Shown here one piece after another: positions 8,522 to 16,389 of a DNA stretch of 64,000 nt. A program made the translations under genes and the position numbers. The DNA comes from Gaiellales bacterium (lineage in GTDB: Bacteria > Actinomycetota > Thermoleophilia > Gaiellales > Gaiellaceae): assembly GCA_038236705.1 (NCBI GenBank), contig JBBRZN010000007.1, positions 8,741 to 72,740 of the forward strand, read 5' to 3'. Position 1 is the stretch's first letter. Every line of letters begins with the position of its first letter. The notes beneath the pieces were generated by a model. The model did not search any database. It saw nothing but the letters and a program-made list of their open reading frames with translations, and had not been told where the DNA came from.

Positions 8522-9403
8522 ATGTCCGACCAGCCCGACAACCAGGGAGCAGAGACCGAAAAGGGGTTCGGGACCGGCCTGAGGGCGCAGCTGCAGCGCA
8601 GGCGGGACGGTGAGGACGGGCAACCGGAGGCGACAGGGGCGACGAACGTCGAGCTGCGCTTCGAGCTGACGGCGAGGCCCGCAGGCGACTCGCTCGAGGC
8701 CACCGTCAGCCCGGATGTCCAGGCGCTGAAGGCCGAGCTCGAAGCGTCCCGGGCGCGCGAGGCGACCCTGCGCGACTCGCTCAGCGAGCGCTCGCAGGCC
8801 CTTGACCAGAATGTGGGCTCCGAGAAGCAGCTCGCCAACCGGGCCGCGACCCTCGACGAGCGGGCGGCGAAGCTGGCGGAATTCGAGGCCGACCTCGAGG
8901 AGCGCGAGCGGCGTGTCCGGGACCAGCGCGAGGCGATCGAGGCCGAGCCCACGCGCGTGGCCGACCTCCAGGCGGAGCTCGCTTCGGAGCAGGCGCTGGC
9001 CGCCGAGCGGCAGGAAGCCGCCGAGGCGCGCCTCCGGGAGCTGAAAGGCGCCGACCGCGAGCGTGACAAGACAAAGGCCGAGCTGACCAAGCAGCAGTCC
9101 GCTTTCGCCGACCGCGAGAAGAAGCTGTCCAGGAAGGAAAGCGAGCTGGCCGCGCGGGAGCAGGCCTCGACCGTCCGGCTTCAGGGCCGCGAGCGCTCGC
9201 TCGAGAAGCGCGATAACGAGTGGCGCGGCCAGGACAAGGAGCTGGGCGAGCGGGAGCGCAGGCTCGCAGCCCGCGAGAACGACCTGAGGAAAGAGGCGGC
9301 GCGCGTGACCGCCCGCGACGAGGCGATCGGCGAGCGCGAGGCCGAGCTCCTGCTTGAGCAAGGGCGTCAGCGTGACACGCCGAGCGCTTCGAACGCGAGC
9401 TGA
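8522..9403 (+). CDS. coiled-coil protein, N-terminal reading frame (frameshifted gene)
   Basis: ATG at 8522. The E/R/A/L-rich heptad-like sequence (..LEERERRVRDQREAIEAE..) ends at TGA 9401-9403, while the same composition continues in another frame. Confidence 0.7.
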   Translation: MSDQPDNQGAETEKGFGTGLRAQLQRRRDGEDGQPEATGATNVELRFELTARPAGDSLEATVSPDVQALKAELEASRAREATLRDSLSERSQALDQNVGSEKQLANRAATLDERAAKLAEFEADLEERERRVRDQREAIEAEPTRVADLQAELASEQALAAERQEAAEARLRELKGADRERDKTKAELTKQQSAFADREKKLSRKESELAAREQASTVRLQGRERSLEKRDNEWRGQDKELGERERRLAARENDLRKEAARVTARDEAIGEREAELLLEQGRQRDTPSASNAS

Positions 9404-9681
9404 CGGACAAGGACGAGCTCGCGCGCGAAGCCGTCGCCCGCTCCAGCGACCTCGACCGGCGGGAGCTCGACCTGACCCGCGAGGCGGAGCTGAACCGGCT
9501 CCAGGCCTCGATCTCCCATGCCGAACGCGACAGCAACCGCCGCGACCTCGAGGAATGGAACGTCCGCCTGGAGCAGCGCGAGCGCGAACTGGCCGCGCGC
9601 GAGGCCGAGGTCGCCAACTACGAGAACGTCACGGACTCACACAAGAAACGCACCGAAAAGCGCGACCAGCGCCTGGCCACG

Positions 9682-9954
9682 ATGGAGGAGACCATCCGCG
9701 AGCGGATCAGGGAGCTCGACGACCGCGAAGGTGAGATCGAGCTGCGCGAGGCCGGTCTCGAGGCCGACGTCGAGATCCGCACGGACAAGCTCGAGCAGCG
9801 CGAGCAGGTGCTGGCTGCGCTCGAGGAACGGCTCCGCAAGCAGGAAGCCGAGCTCGCCACGTACGTCGCGCAGGCCCAGAGCGAGATCCAGCGGCGCGAG
9901 TCCGAGTGGTGGCAGAAGCAGCTCGGCACAGACGCCGAAGTTCCCGCCGCCTGA
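9682..9954 (+). CDS. coiled-coil protein, C-terminal reading frame (minimal callable ORF; frame is open from 9376)
   Basis: The frame is open over 9376-9954 and encodes ERFERELTDKDELAREA...MEETIRERIRELDDREGEIELRE... No ATG/GTG/TTG occurs between 9376 and 9681. Confidence 0.6.
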   Translation: MEETIRERIRELDDREGEIELREAGLEADVEIRTDKLEQREQVLAALEERLRKQEAELATYVAQAQSEIQRRESEWWQKQLGTDAEVPAA

Positions 9955-9968
9955 ACTAAGCTCGGCCC

Positions 9969-11150
9969 GTGCAGGGCCGCCGCGAAGTCCTCGCCGTCGG
10001 CCTCGTCTGGCTCGTCTGGCTCGGGGCCGTCCTCCTGACGGTTGCGGTCGGACTGGCCGCCGGCGCGTACACCTTGGCGCCGGGATGGTCGATCCACCGC
10101 GGGCTCTGGCCGCTCTTCGCGTGGGACTACAACTGGTACCACTTCGTCGCCTACGGCGGCTACCCGGACGCGCAGGGCGGCCGGCAGTACGCGTTCTTCC
10201 CCCTCTGGCCGCTGCTGCTCCGCTTGTCCGGCTCGATTCCAGACGTGGTCGCGGCCGCCGCGTTGGCGTGGGCGGGGAGCGCGGCGGCGTTCTTCGGCGT
10301 GGCAGAGGGCACGCCGCAGGCCCGGTTGCGGTCGGCGCTGGCGCTGGCCTGCTGGCCCGGTTCGTTCGTGCTCGCGGTGGCCTACCCCGACGCGGTCGCG
10401 CTCGCGGCGGCGGCCTGGGCAGCGGCGCTCGCGCTCCGGGGCCGGTTGCTCGCGGCGGGCCTCGTGGGCGCGGTCGCTGCGCTCGCCCGGCCGAGCGGCG
10501 TCCTGATCGCGCTGCCGCTCGCCTGGCTCGCCTGGGCCAAGGGGCCCCGCGCCTGGATCGGCGCGGCGGCTCCGGTCGCCGCGGCGGCCGCCGTAGAGGC
10601 GTACTTCTGGTCGCACAGCGACAACCCGAGGGTCTTCTTCGACGCTCAGCGCCAGTGGGGCCGCGGTGGGCCGGGCCGCTTCGGCGACTGGACCGGCCAC
10701 CTCCTCGACGTGCTCGAGCGCCACGGACTGCTGATCGCGCTGCTCGCCGTGGTCGTCGTGACCGCAATCGTGCTCGCCTGGCGGCGATTCGGCCTGTGGC
10801 CGACCGCGGCGATCGCCTACGCCTGCGCGGTCCCGCTCCTCCTCGCCGCGACGCAGAGCCTCGAGGGCTTCGTCGACAGCGTCCGCGCTGCACTCATCCT
10901 GCCGCTGCTCGCGGTGCTCTGGCGGCTTGGTCCTCGCTACCGGCCCTGGGCGGCCTTCGCGACGGTGGTCGTCGGCTTGCTGCTCCTCTCCGGAACGATG
11001 CAGAGCTTCGGCCGGCAGAGCCTGTTCGCGTTCCCGATCTTCTGGGCGATCGCGGAGGGGCCGCGCTGGCTGCGCTACCCGCCGCTGGCCGTGGTCGGCT
11101 TCGCCGGGAACCTCGGGCTCGCGCTGCTCCTCACGCGGTACGCCCCTTAG
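9969..11150 (+). CDS. integral membrane mannosyltransferase-like protein (PIG-V/GT-C type)
   Basis: 393 aa with about 10 hydrophobic segments and the N-terminal motif WDYNWYHFVAYGGY..YAFFPLWPLLLR, typical of PIG-V-like GT-C enzymes. GTG start. Confidence 0.65.
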   Translation: MQGRREVLAVGLVWLVWLGAVLLTVAVGLAAGAYTLAPGWSIHRGLWPLFAWDYNWYHFVAYGGYPDAQGGRQYAFFPLWPLLLRLSGSIPDVVAAAALAWAGSAAAFFGVAEGTPQARLRSALALACWPGSFVLAVAYPDAVALAAAAWAAALALRGRLLAAGLVGAVAALARPSGVLIALPLAWLAWAKGPRAWIGAAAPVAAAAAVEAYFWSHSDNPRVFFDAQRQWGRGGPGRFGDWTGHLLDVLERHGLLIALLAVVVVTAIVLAWRRFGLWPTAAIAYACAVPLLLAATQSLEGFVDSVRAALILPLLAVLWRLGPRYRPWAAFATVVVGLLLLSGTMQSFGRQSLFAFPIFWAIAEGPRWLRYPPLAVVGFAGNLGLALLLTRYAP

Positions 11151-11310
11151 AGGGCTTGGCGGAACCTCGCTCGTCCTCGGGGTGCTCTGCTCGTTCCGAG
11201 ACAGGGACGCAGGGAGTGCCGATAGCCGTAGCTATCGGTGCGACTGAGGACGCCGTATCGGGGCGGGCAGGGCGGCCCGAGGGCACAGACTAGGTTTCGT
11301 CAAGCCCTCT
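11149..11310 (+). repeat. ~160-bp TIR-bounded element with central covarying hairpin, copy A
   Basis: AGAGGGCTTGGCGGAA...TTTCGTCAAGCCCTCT are imperfect terminal inverted repeats. The core CAGGGAG-TGCCGATAGC/GCTATCGGTG-CGACTGAGGACGC lies at 11210-11254. The element aligns along its length to 22333-22493. Confidence 0.75.
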
Positions 11311-11848
11311 TGGCGCGCTCGCGATAGGCGGCGGCCGCGATGCGATCGGCGCAGAGCTGGCAGCAGTAGCGGCGGCTGCGGTTGCGGGAGCGATCGAGAT
11401 AGACGCAGCGGCAGGGGAGCGCGTCACAGACGCCGAAGCGCTCCCAGCCTTCGGTCTGGATTGCAACGAGCAGCGCTGCGGCGACCCGCGGCGCGAGCCG
11501 GTCGGCGAGGTCGCGCGCCCGCCGGGGCTCGTAGTCGAAGCGCCAGCCCTCCTTGCCGGGCCGGAGCTGAGGCACCGATTCGGCGAGCAGGTCGTTCAGG
11601 ATCTCGACGGCCTCGGCCTCGGTCTCGGCCTCGAAGACGCTGCGCACGCGTCGGCGCAACGAGCGCACGCGCTTGAGATCCCCTTCCGCGGCAACGCGCG
11701 CCTCCCGCTCGAGCCCGTGCTGCTCGAGGAACTCGCGCAGGTTGCCAACGCCGCTCAGGAACTCAGGCTCGTCGTCGAGGACGTCCCACGTGTTAACGAG
11801 GCCGACGGCCAGGTCGATCTCCCGCTGCTGCAGATTTCCACCGTTCAT
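11300..11848 (-). CDS. CGNR zinc-finger domain protein (ABATE + zf-CGNR)
   Basis: The C-terminal CDALPCRCVYLDRSRNRSRRYCCQLCADR matches the CGNR zinc-finger pattern. The last codons and the stop lie inside repeat A. Confidence 0.8.
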   Translation of the reverse strand: MNGGNLQQREIDLAVGLVNTWDVLDDEPEFLSGVGNLREFLEQHGLEREARVAAEGDLKRVRSLRRRVRSVFEAETEAEAVEILNDLLAESVPQLRPGKEGWRFDYEPRRARDLADRLAPRVAAALLVAIQTEGWERFGVCDALPCRCVYLDRSRNRSRRYCCQLCADRIAAAAYRERAKRA

Positions 11849-11910
11849 GCTAACTTCGTCAGTAGCGTAGCCGTCTAAGCTCCTGACGGAGAAAATCCAA
11901 GGAGGCAGCG

Positions 11911-12882
11911 GTGTTCCGATACCTGATCAGGCGGATCCTCTGGGCGATAGTCCTGTTCTTTGCTGTCACGATCGTCACCTACATCATCTTCTTCGTCATC
12001 CCGGCTGACCCCGCTCGCGCGTTCGCCGGCAAGACGGCCACGCCGGAGCAGATCGTGCGCGCCAGGCATTACCTCGGGATCGACAAGCCGGTCCCGGTGC
12101 AGTACGCCCGCTTCGTCTGGCGGTTGACCTACCACCACTCGCTCGGACGCTCCTTCGCAAACCGAGAGCCGGTGAACAACCTCGTCCTCTCTGCGGCACC
12201 CGTGACTGCTTCCCTCGTGATCGGCGGCGCGGTCCTCTGGCTGATGATCGCCCTCCCCCTCGGGATCCTGTCTGCCCTGAGGCCGCGCTCGCTGTTAGAC
12301 CGAACCTCGATGACCTTCGTGTTGATCGGGGTCTCCGCGCATCCGATCTGGATCGGTCTCATCTTCAGCTACTTCCTCGGCTTCAGGTTCCACCTCACGC
12401 CGATCGCCGGCTACTGCGACTTCTTCAACCCCTCGATCGGCGCCGAGTGCGGCGGGCCGACTCAATGGGCCTACCACATGATTCTGCCCTGGATGACCTT
12501 CGCCACACTCTACGCGGCGCTGTATGTGCGGATGATCCGCGCCAATGTGATGGAGGCGATGCACGAGGACTACGTTCGCACCGCGCGCTCCAAGGGCGCC
12601 ACCGAGCCGCGTGTGATGCGGGTTCACGTCCTGCGCAATGCCCTCCTGCCCGTCGTGACGATCCTCGGGATGGACATCGGCACCGCGCTCGGCGGAGCGA
12701 TCTTCACCGAGTCGATCTACGGCCTCCCCGGCCTCGGCAGGATCTCGCTCCAGGGCTTGAGCAACCTCGACCTGCCCACTGTGATGGGCGTGGTGGTGTT
12801 CGCGACGACGATGATCATCCTGTTCAACCTGGTCGTGGACATCCTCTATGCCTGGGTCGACCCGAGGATTCGCCTCGCGTAA
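11911..12882 (+). CDS. ABC transporter permease, oligopeptide/dipeptide (DppB/OppB-like)
   Basis: 323 aa starting MFRYLIRRILWAIVLFF with the EAA-type loop (YVRTARSKGATEPRVMRVHVLRNALLP). GTG start preceded by AAGGAGG. Confidence 0.9.
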   Translation: MFRYLIRRILWAIVLFFAVTIVTYIIFFVIPADPARAFAGKTATPEQIVRARHYLGIDKPVPVQYARFVWRLTYHHSLGRSFANREPVNNLVLSAAPVTASLVIGGAVLWLMIALPLGILSALRPRSLLDRTSMTFVLIGVSAHPIWIGLIFSYFLGFRFHLTPIAGYCDFFNPSIGAECGGPTQWAYHMILPWMTFATLYAALYVRMIRANVMEAMHEDYVRTARSKGATEPRVMRVHVLRNALLPVVTILGMDIGTALGGAIFTESIYGLPGLGRISLQGLSNLDLPTVMGVVVFATTMIILFNLVVDILYAWVDPRIRLA

Positions 12883-12896
12883 GTAACCTCCCGGCC

Positions 12897-13994
12897 GTGG
12901 CCGAGAGCGTCCTCATCACCGGCGGCGCCGGCTTCATCGGCTCGCACCTCGCCGACGAGCTCCTGGGCGCCGGTTACCGGGTGCGCGCGCTCGACAGCCT
13001 CGCCGAGCAGGTGCACGACGGTGCAGGCCGGCCCGACTATCTGAACGCCGACGTCGAGCTGATCGCCGGCGACGTGCGCGACGCAGAGGTCGTGCGCGGC
13101 GCCATCCGCGGGGTCGACGCCGTCGTTCACCTCGCCGCCCGCGTCGGGGTCGGGCAGAGCATGTACGAGCCCGCCGGTTACGCCGCGGTGAACTCGGTCG
13201 GGACCGCGGTCCTGCTCGAGGCGCTGCTCGAGCAGCCGGTTCGGAAGCTCGTCGTCGCTTCGAGCATGAGCATCTACGGCGAGGGAGCCTATGAACCGGC
13301 GCCCGCAGTCGAGCGCTCGCGCGAGCAGCTCGAGCGCGGCGAGTGGGAGCCGCGCGGGCCCGGCGGCGAGGAGCTCCGGCCCGTGGCGACCCCGGAGTCG
13401 AAGCGGCCCTCGCTCGCCTCGGTCTACGCGCTGACCAAGTACGACCAGGAGCGGATGGGCCTCCTGTACGGAGCCGCCTACGACGTGCCGGCGGTGGCGC
13501 TGCGCTTCTTCAACGTGTACGGGCCGCGGCAGGCTCTGTCGAACCCGTACACAGGGGTGCTGGCGATCTTCGCCGCGCGGTTGCTGAACGACCGGGCGCC
13601 GGTGGTCTACGAGGACGGGGGCCAGCGGCGCGACTTCGTCCACGTGACCGACGTCGCCCGCGCCTGCCGTCTCGCGCTCGAGCGCGACGGCGCCGACGGC
13701 CGAGCGGTCAACATCGGCAGCGGCCGCAGCGCCTCGGTGCTCGAGATCGCGCACGAGCTTGCGCGCGGGCTCGGCAAGGAGATCGACCCCGAACTGCCCG
13801 GTACCTTCCGCGCCGGCGACATCCGGAACTGTTTCGCCGACGTGTCGCTCGCGCGCGAGCTGCTCGACTTCGAGGCCGAGGTGGCACTCGAGGCCGGCCT
13901 CGCCGAGCTGACCGAGTGGCTCCAAAACCAGCAGACTGCGGACCGGTTCGACCAAGCCGCCGCCGAGCTGGCGGAGAAAGGACTCACCCGATGA
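12897..13994 (+). CDS. NAD-dependent epimerase/dehydratase (SDR extended family)
   Basis: [18 protein letters not shown], the YxxxK motif (YALTKYDQE) and GTG at 12897. The upstream part of ORF 12447..13994 overlaps the permease and is not credible. Confidence 0.85.
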   Translation: MAESVLITGGAGFIGSHLADELLGAGYRVRALDSLAEQVHDGAGRPDYLNADVELIAGDVRDAEVVRGAIRGVDAVVHLAARVGVGQSMYEPAGYAAVNSVGTAVLLEALLEQPVRKLVVASSMSIYGEGAYEPAPAVERSREQLERGEWEPRGPGGEELRPVATPESKRPSLASVYALTKYDQERMGLLYGAAYDVPAVALRFFNVYGPRQALSNPYTGVLAIFAARLLNDRAPVVYEDGGQRRDFVHVTDVARACRLALERDGADGRAVNIGSGRSASVLEIAHELARGLGKEIDPELPGTFRAGDIRNCFADVSLARELLDFEAEVALEAGLAELTEWLQNQQTADRFDQAAAELAEKGLTR

Positions 13995-14452
13995 CAGCTG
14001 CCACCCTGCACACCAATCACGGCGCGATCGCGATCGAGCTCTTCGACGAGGACGCGCCCAAGACCGTGGAGAACTTCCTCAAGCTCGCCGGCGACGGCTT
14101 CTACGACGGCGTCGTCTTCCACCGGATCATCCCCGACTTCATGATCCAGGGCGGCGATCCGACCGGTACCGGCACGGGCGGCCCCGGTTACACCTTCGAG
14201 GACGAGTTCAACGAGCGCAAGATCGAGCGCGGGGCGCTCGCGATGGCCAACGCGGGCCCGAACACGAACGGCAGCCAGTTCTTTATCGTCACGACCTCGG
14301 CCGCGCCCTGGCTCGACGGCAAGCACACCGTCTTCGGCCGCGTCACCGAGGGCATGGACGCCGTGGACGCGATCGAGCAGGTCGACACGGACGCCCAGGA
14401 CAAGCCGCGCGAGCCGGTGGTGATCGAGCGGGTGGAGCTGGTCGAGAGCTAG
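13991..14452 (+). CDS. peptidyl-prolyl cis-trans isomerase, cyclophilin type
   Basis: [25 protein letters not shown] and NTNGSQFFI are present. The ATG overlaps the preceding stop (ATGA). Confidence 0.92.
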   Translation: MTAATLHTNHGAIAIELFDEDAPKTVENFLKLAGDGFYDGVVFHRIIPDFMIQGGDPTGTGTGGPGYTFEDEFNERKIERGALAMANAGPNTNGSQFFIVTTSAAPWLDGKHTVFGRVTEGMDAVDAIEQVDTDAQDKPREPVVIERVELVES

Positions 14453-14566
14453 CCCGGCGTCAGCTATCTGGATCACCAGAGACCGGGTACGAGCCGAACG
14501 GTCGTTCGCGCGTAGCCCACGAAGGCCTCCCCGAGACGATCAGCGGCGGCATCTGCGAGACGCGAC

Positions 14567-15397
14567 CTAGCTCGCGCGGTAGAACAGCCAGGCGTCGTGC
14601 ATGCGCTGCGCCTGCCCGGCGGTGAACTCCGTGTAGCAACTGTCGTACGAGTAGTCCATGTAGTTGTGGATCGGATCGAGGCCCGGATCCGCCGGGCACG
14701 TGTCGTTCCCGACCGGACAGCCCGACGACGGGCTCCTCTGGGCCGGCGTGTCGGCCACGAAGTCGCCCTTCGCGTTGCAGCCGCCGTAGAAGGTGTGCTC
14801 GAGGTTCAGCCAGTGGCCGACCTCGTGTGTCACCGTCTCGCCCTGGTCGTACCTGCCCGCGTAGGTCGTGGACGTGCCTGGCATGGACTCCCAGTCGATC
14901 ACGATTCCGTCGAGGTAGGCCTGCCCCGGCTTGGTCACGATGTCCGGCAAGAAGGCCCAGCCGAGATATGCGCCGGCCGTGGTCGAGTACAGGTTGAGCG
15001 CGTTGTTGCCGCCGTCGTGGAGCGTCTGCTTCATCGAGTGCTCGTTCGTGCCCCCGATTCCGCCGTAGAACCAGTCTGCATTGTCGGTGCGGGTGACGCC
15101 TGCGAGCGTGAAGGAGAAGCCGGTGTTGACCCCGCCCTCGAAGCCTGCGTACGTCATGTTCAGCACGCTCATCTGGTCGGAGATCTGCTTGCTCGTCAGG
15201 CTGCCGATCGAGCCGTCGGTGATGACGTGGAAGTAGACCGGCACCGTCGCTCGGAAGTTCTTTCCGGCCTTGCCCTGGGCCGAGGCGGGCAGGTCCGCCA
15301 CCGCGTCGTTCGAGAGCGGCTCCCGCGCATCGAAGCCCCGCCCGAACGCTGTGGGCGTCAGCTTGTTGTAGACCGAGAACAGCTCGTCGCCGGCCAC
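14567..15397 (-). CDS. M43-family zinc metalloprotease (pappalysin/ulilysin-like), separated by a frameshift from its signal peptide
   Basis: HEVGHWLNLEH zinc motif and several Cys pairs. A signal peptide, MKRAKLVLFVALAVGLYTAATVSPAAVA, with SD AAGGGAGAGG is encoded at 15537-15358 in a different frame. Confidence 0.8.
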   Translation of the reverse strand: MAGDELFSVYNKLTPTAFGRGFDAREPLSNDAVADLPASAQGKAGKNFRATVPVYFHVITDGSIGSLTSKQISDQMSVLNMTYAGFEGGVNTGFSFTLAGVTRTDNADWFYGGIGGTNEHSMKQTLHDGGNNALNLYSTTAGAYLGWAFLPDIVTKPGQAYLDGIVIDWESMPGTSTTYAGRYDQGETVTHEVGHWLNLEHTFYGGCNAKGDFVADTPAQRSPSSGCPVGNDTCPADPGLDPIHNYMDYSYDSCYTEFTAGQAQRMHDAWLFYRAS

Positions 15398-15643
15398 GGC
15401 CGGGCCGGCATGCAGCTCGTGACCTGCTTCGCCAGGCTCGGCGCCGCCTTACGCGCCACTGCCGCAGGCGAAACCGTGGCGGCGGTGTACAGCCCGACCG
15501 CAAGCGCCACGAAGAGAACCAGCTTGGCTCGCTTCATCCTCTCCCTTTTTCTCGTAGGTGCTTGGACTCAGATTTTCGACGCAGAGTAGACCGACTTGCA
15601 TCGCGAGTCCAATATCCGCCCTGGCGTGGGATAGATTCGACCG

Positions 15644-16384
15644 GTGCACCGGGATGACGACGGCTACTTCGACGAGCGCGTCGCGGCCAGATACGACGAG
15701 TCCTCCGCGGAGATGTTCGACCCGGAGGTCGTCGACCCGGTCGTCGACCTCCTCGTCGAGCTAGCCGGCAGCGGGCGCGCGCTCGAGCTGGGGATCGGCA
15801 CCGGCCGGATCGCGCTACCGCTTGGGCAGCGCGGAGTGCCGGTGCACGGGATCGAGTTGTCGAAGGCGATGGTCGCGAAGCTGCGCGCGAAGCCGGGCGG
15901 CGAAGAGATCGGCGTGACGATCGGCGACTTCGCGACGACGTCCGTGGACGGGACGTTCTCCGTCGCGTACCTGGTCTTCAACACGATCATGAACCTGACG
16001 ACGCAGGAGGCGCAGGTCGCCTGCTTCCGCAACGTTGCGGCGCACCTCGAGCCCGGCGGCCGCTTCGTCGTCGAGGTCGGCGTGCCCGACCTCCGGCGCC
16101 TCCCGCCGGGCGAGACCTTCCGCGCCTTCCACGTGAGCGAGCGCAGGTGGGGGATCGACGAATACGACGTCGCTGCCCAGGGCCTCACCTCCCACCACTT
16201 CCGGATCGTCGACGGAGAAGCCGACCGTGTCTCGGTTCCCTTCCGGTACGCGTGGCCGGCGGAGCTCGACCTGATGGCGCAGCTCGCCGGGATGAAGCTG
16301 CAGGACCGCTGGAACGGCTGGAAACGGGGGCCGTTCACGAGCGACAGCCGCAAGCACGTCTCGGTCTGGGAGAAGCCGTCATGA
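15644..16384 (+). CDS. class I SAM-dependent methyltransferase
   Basis: SAM motif I at ALELGIGTGRIALPL. 246 aa, GTG start. Confidence 0.85.
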   Translation: MHRDDDGYFDERVAARYDESSAEMFDPEVVDPVVDLLVELAGSGRALELGIGTGRIALPLGQRGVPVHGIELSKAMVAKLRAKPGGEEIGVTIGDFATTSVDGTFSVAYLVFNTIMNLTTQEAQVACFRNVAAHLEPGGRFVVEVGVPDLRRLPPGETFRAFHVSERRWGIDEYDVAAQGLTSHHFRIVDGEADRVSVPFRYAWPAELDLMAQLAGMKLQDRWNGWKRGPFTSDSRKHVSVWEKPS

Positions 16385-16389
16385 CGGGG

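Noticed and set aside
11243-11254. Hammerhead ribozyme, because the repeat core contains CTGAGGA (CUGANGA-like).
   Set aside because: The other half of the catalytic core (GAAA after a stem II hairpin) is absent, as are the three-stem junction and a cleavage-site UH context. The match is only a 7-mer.
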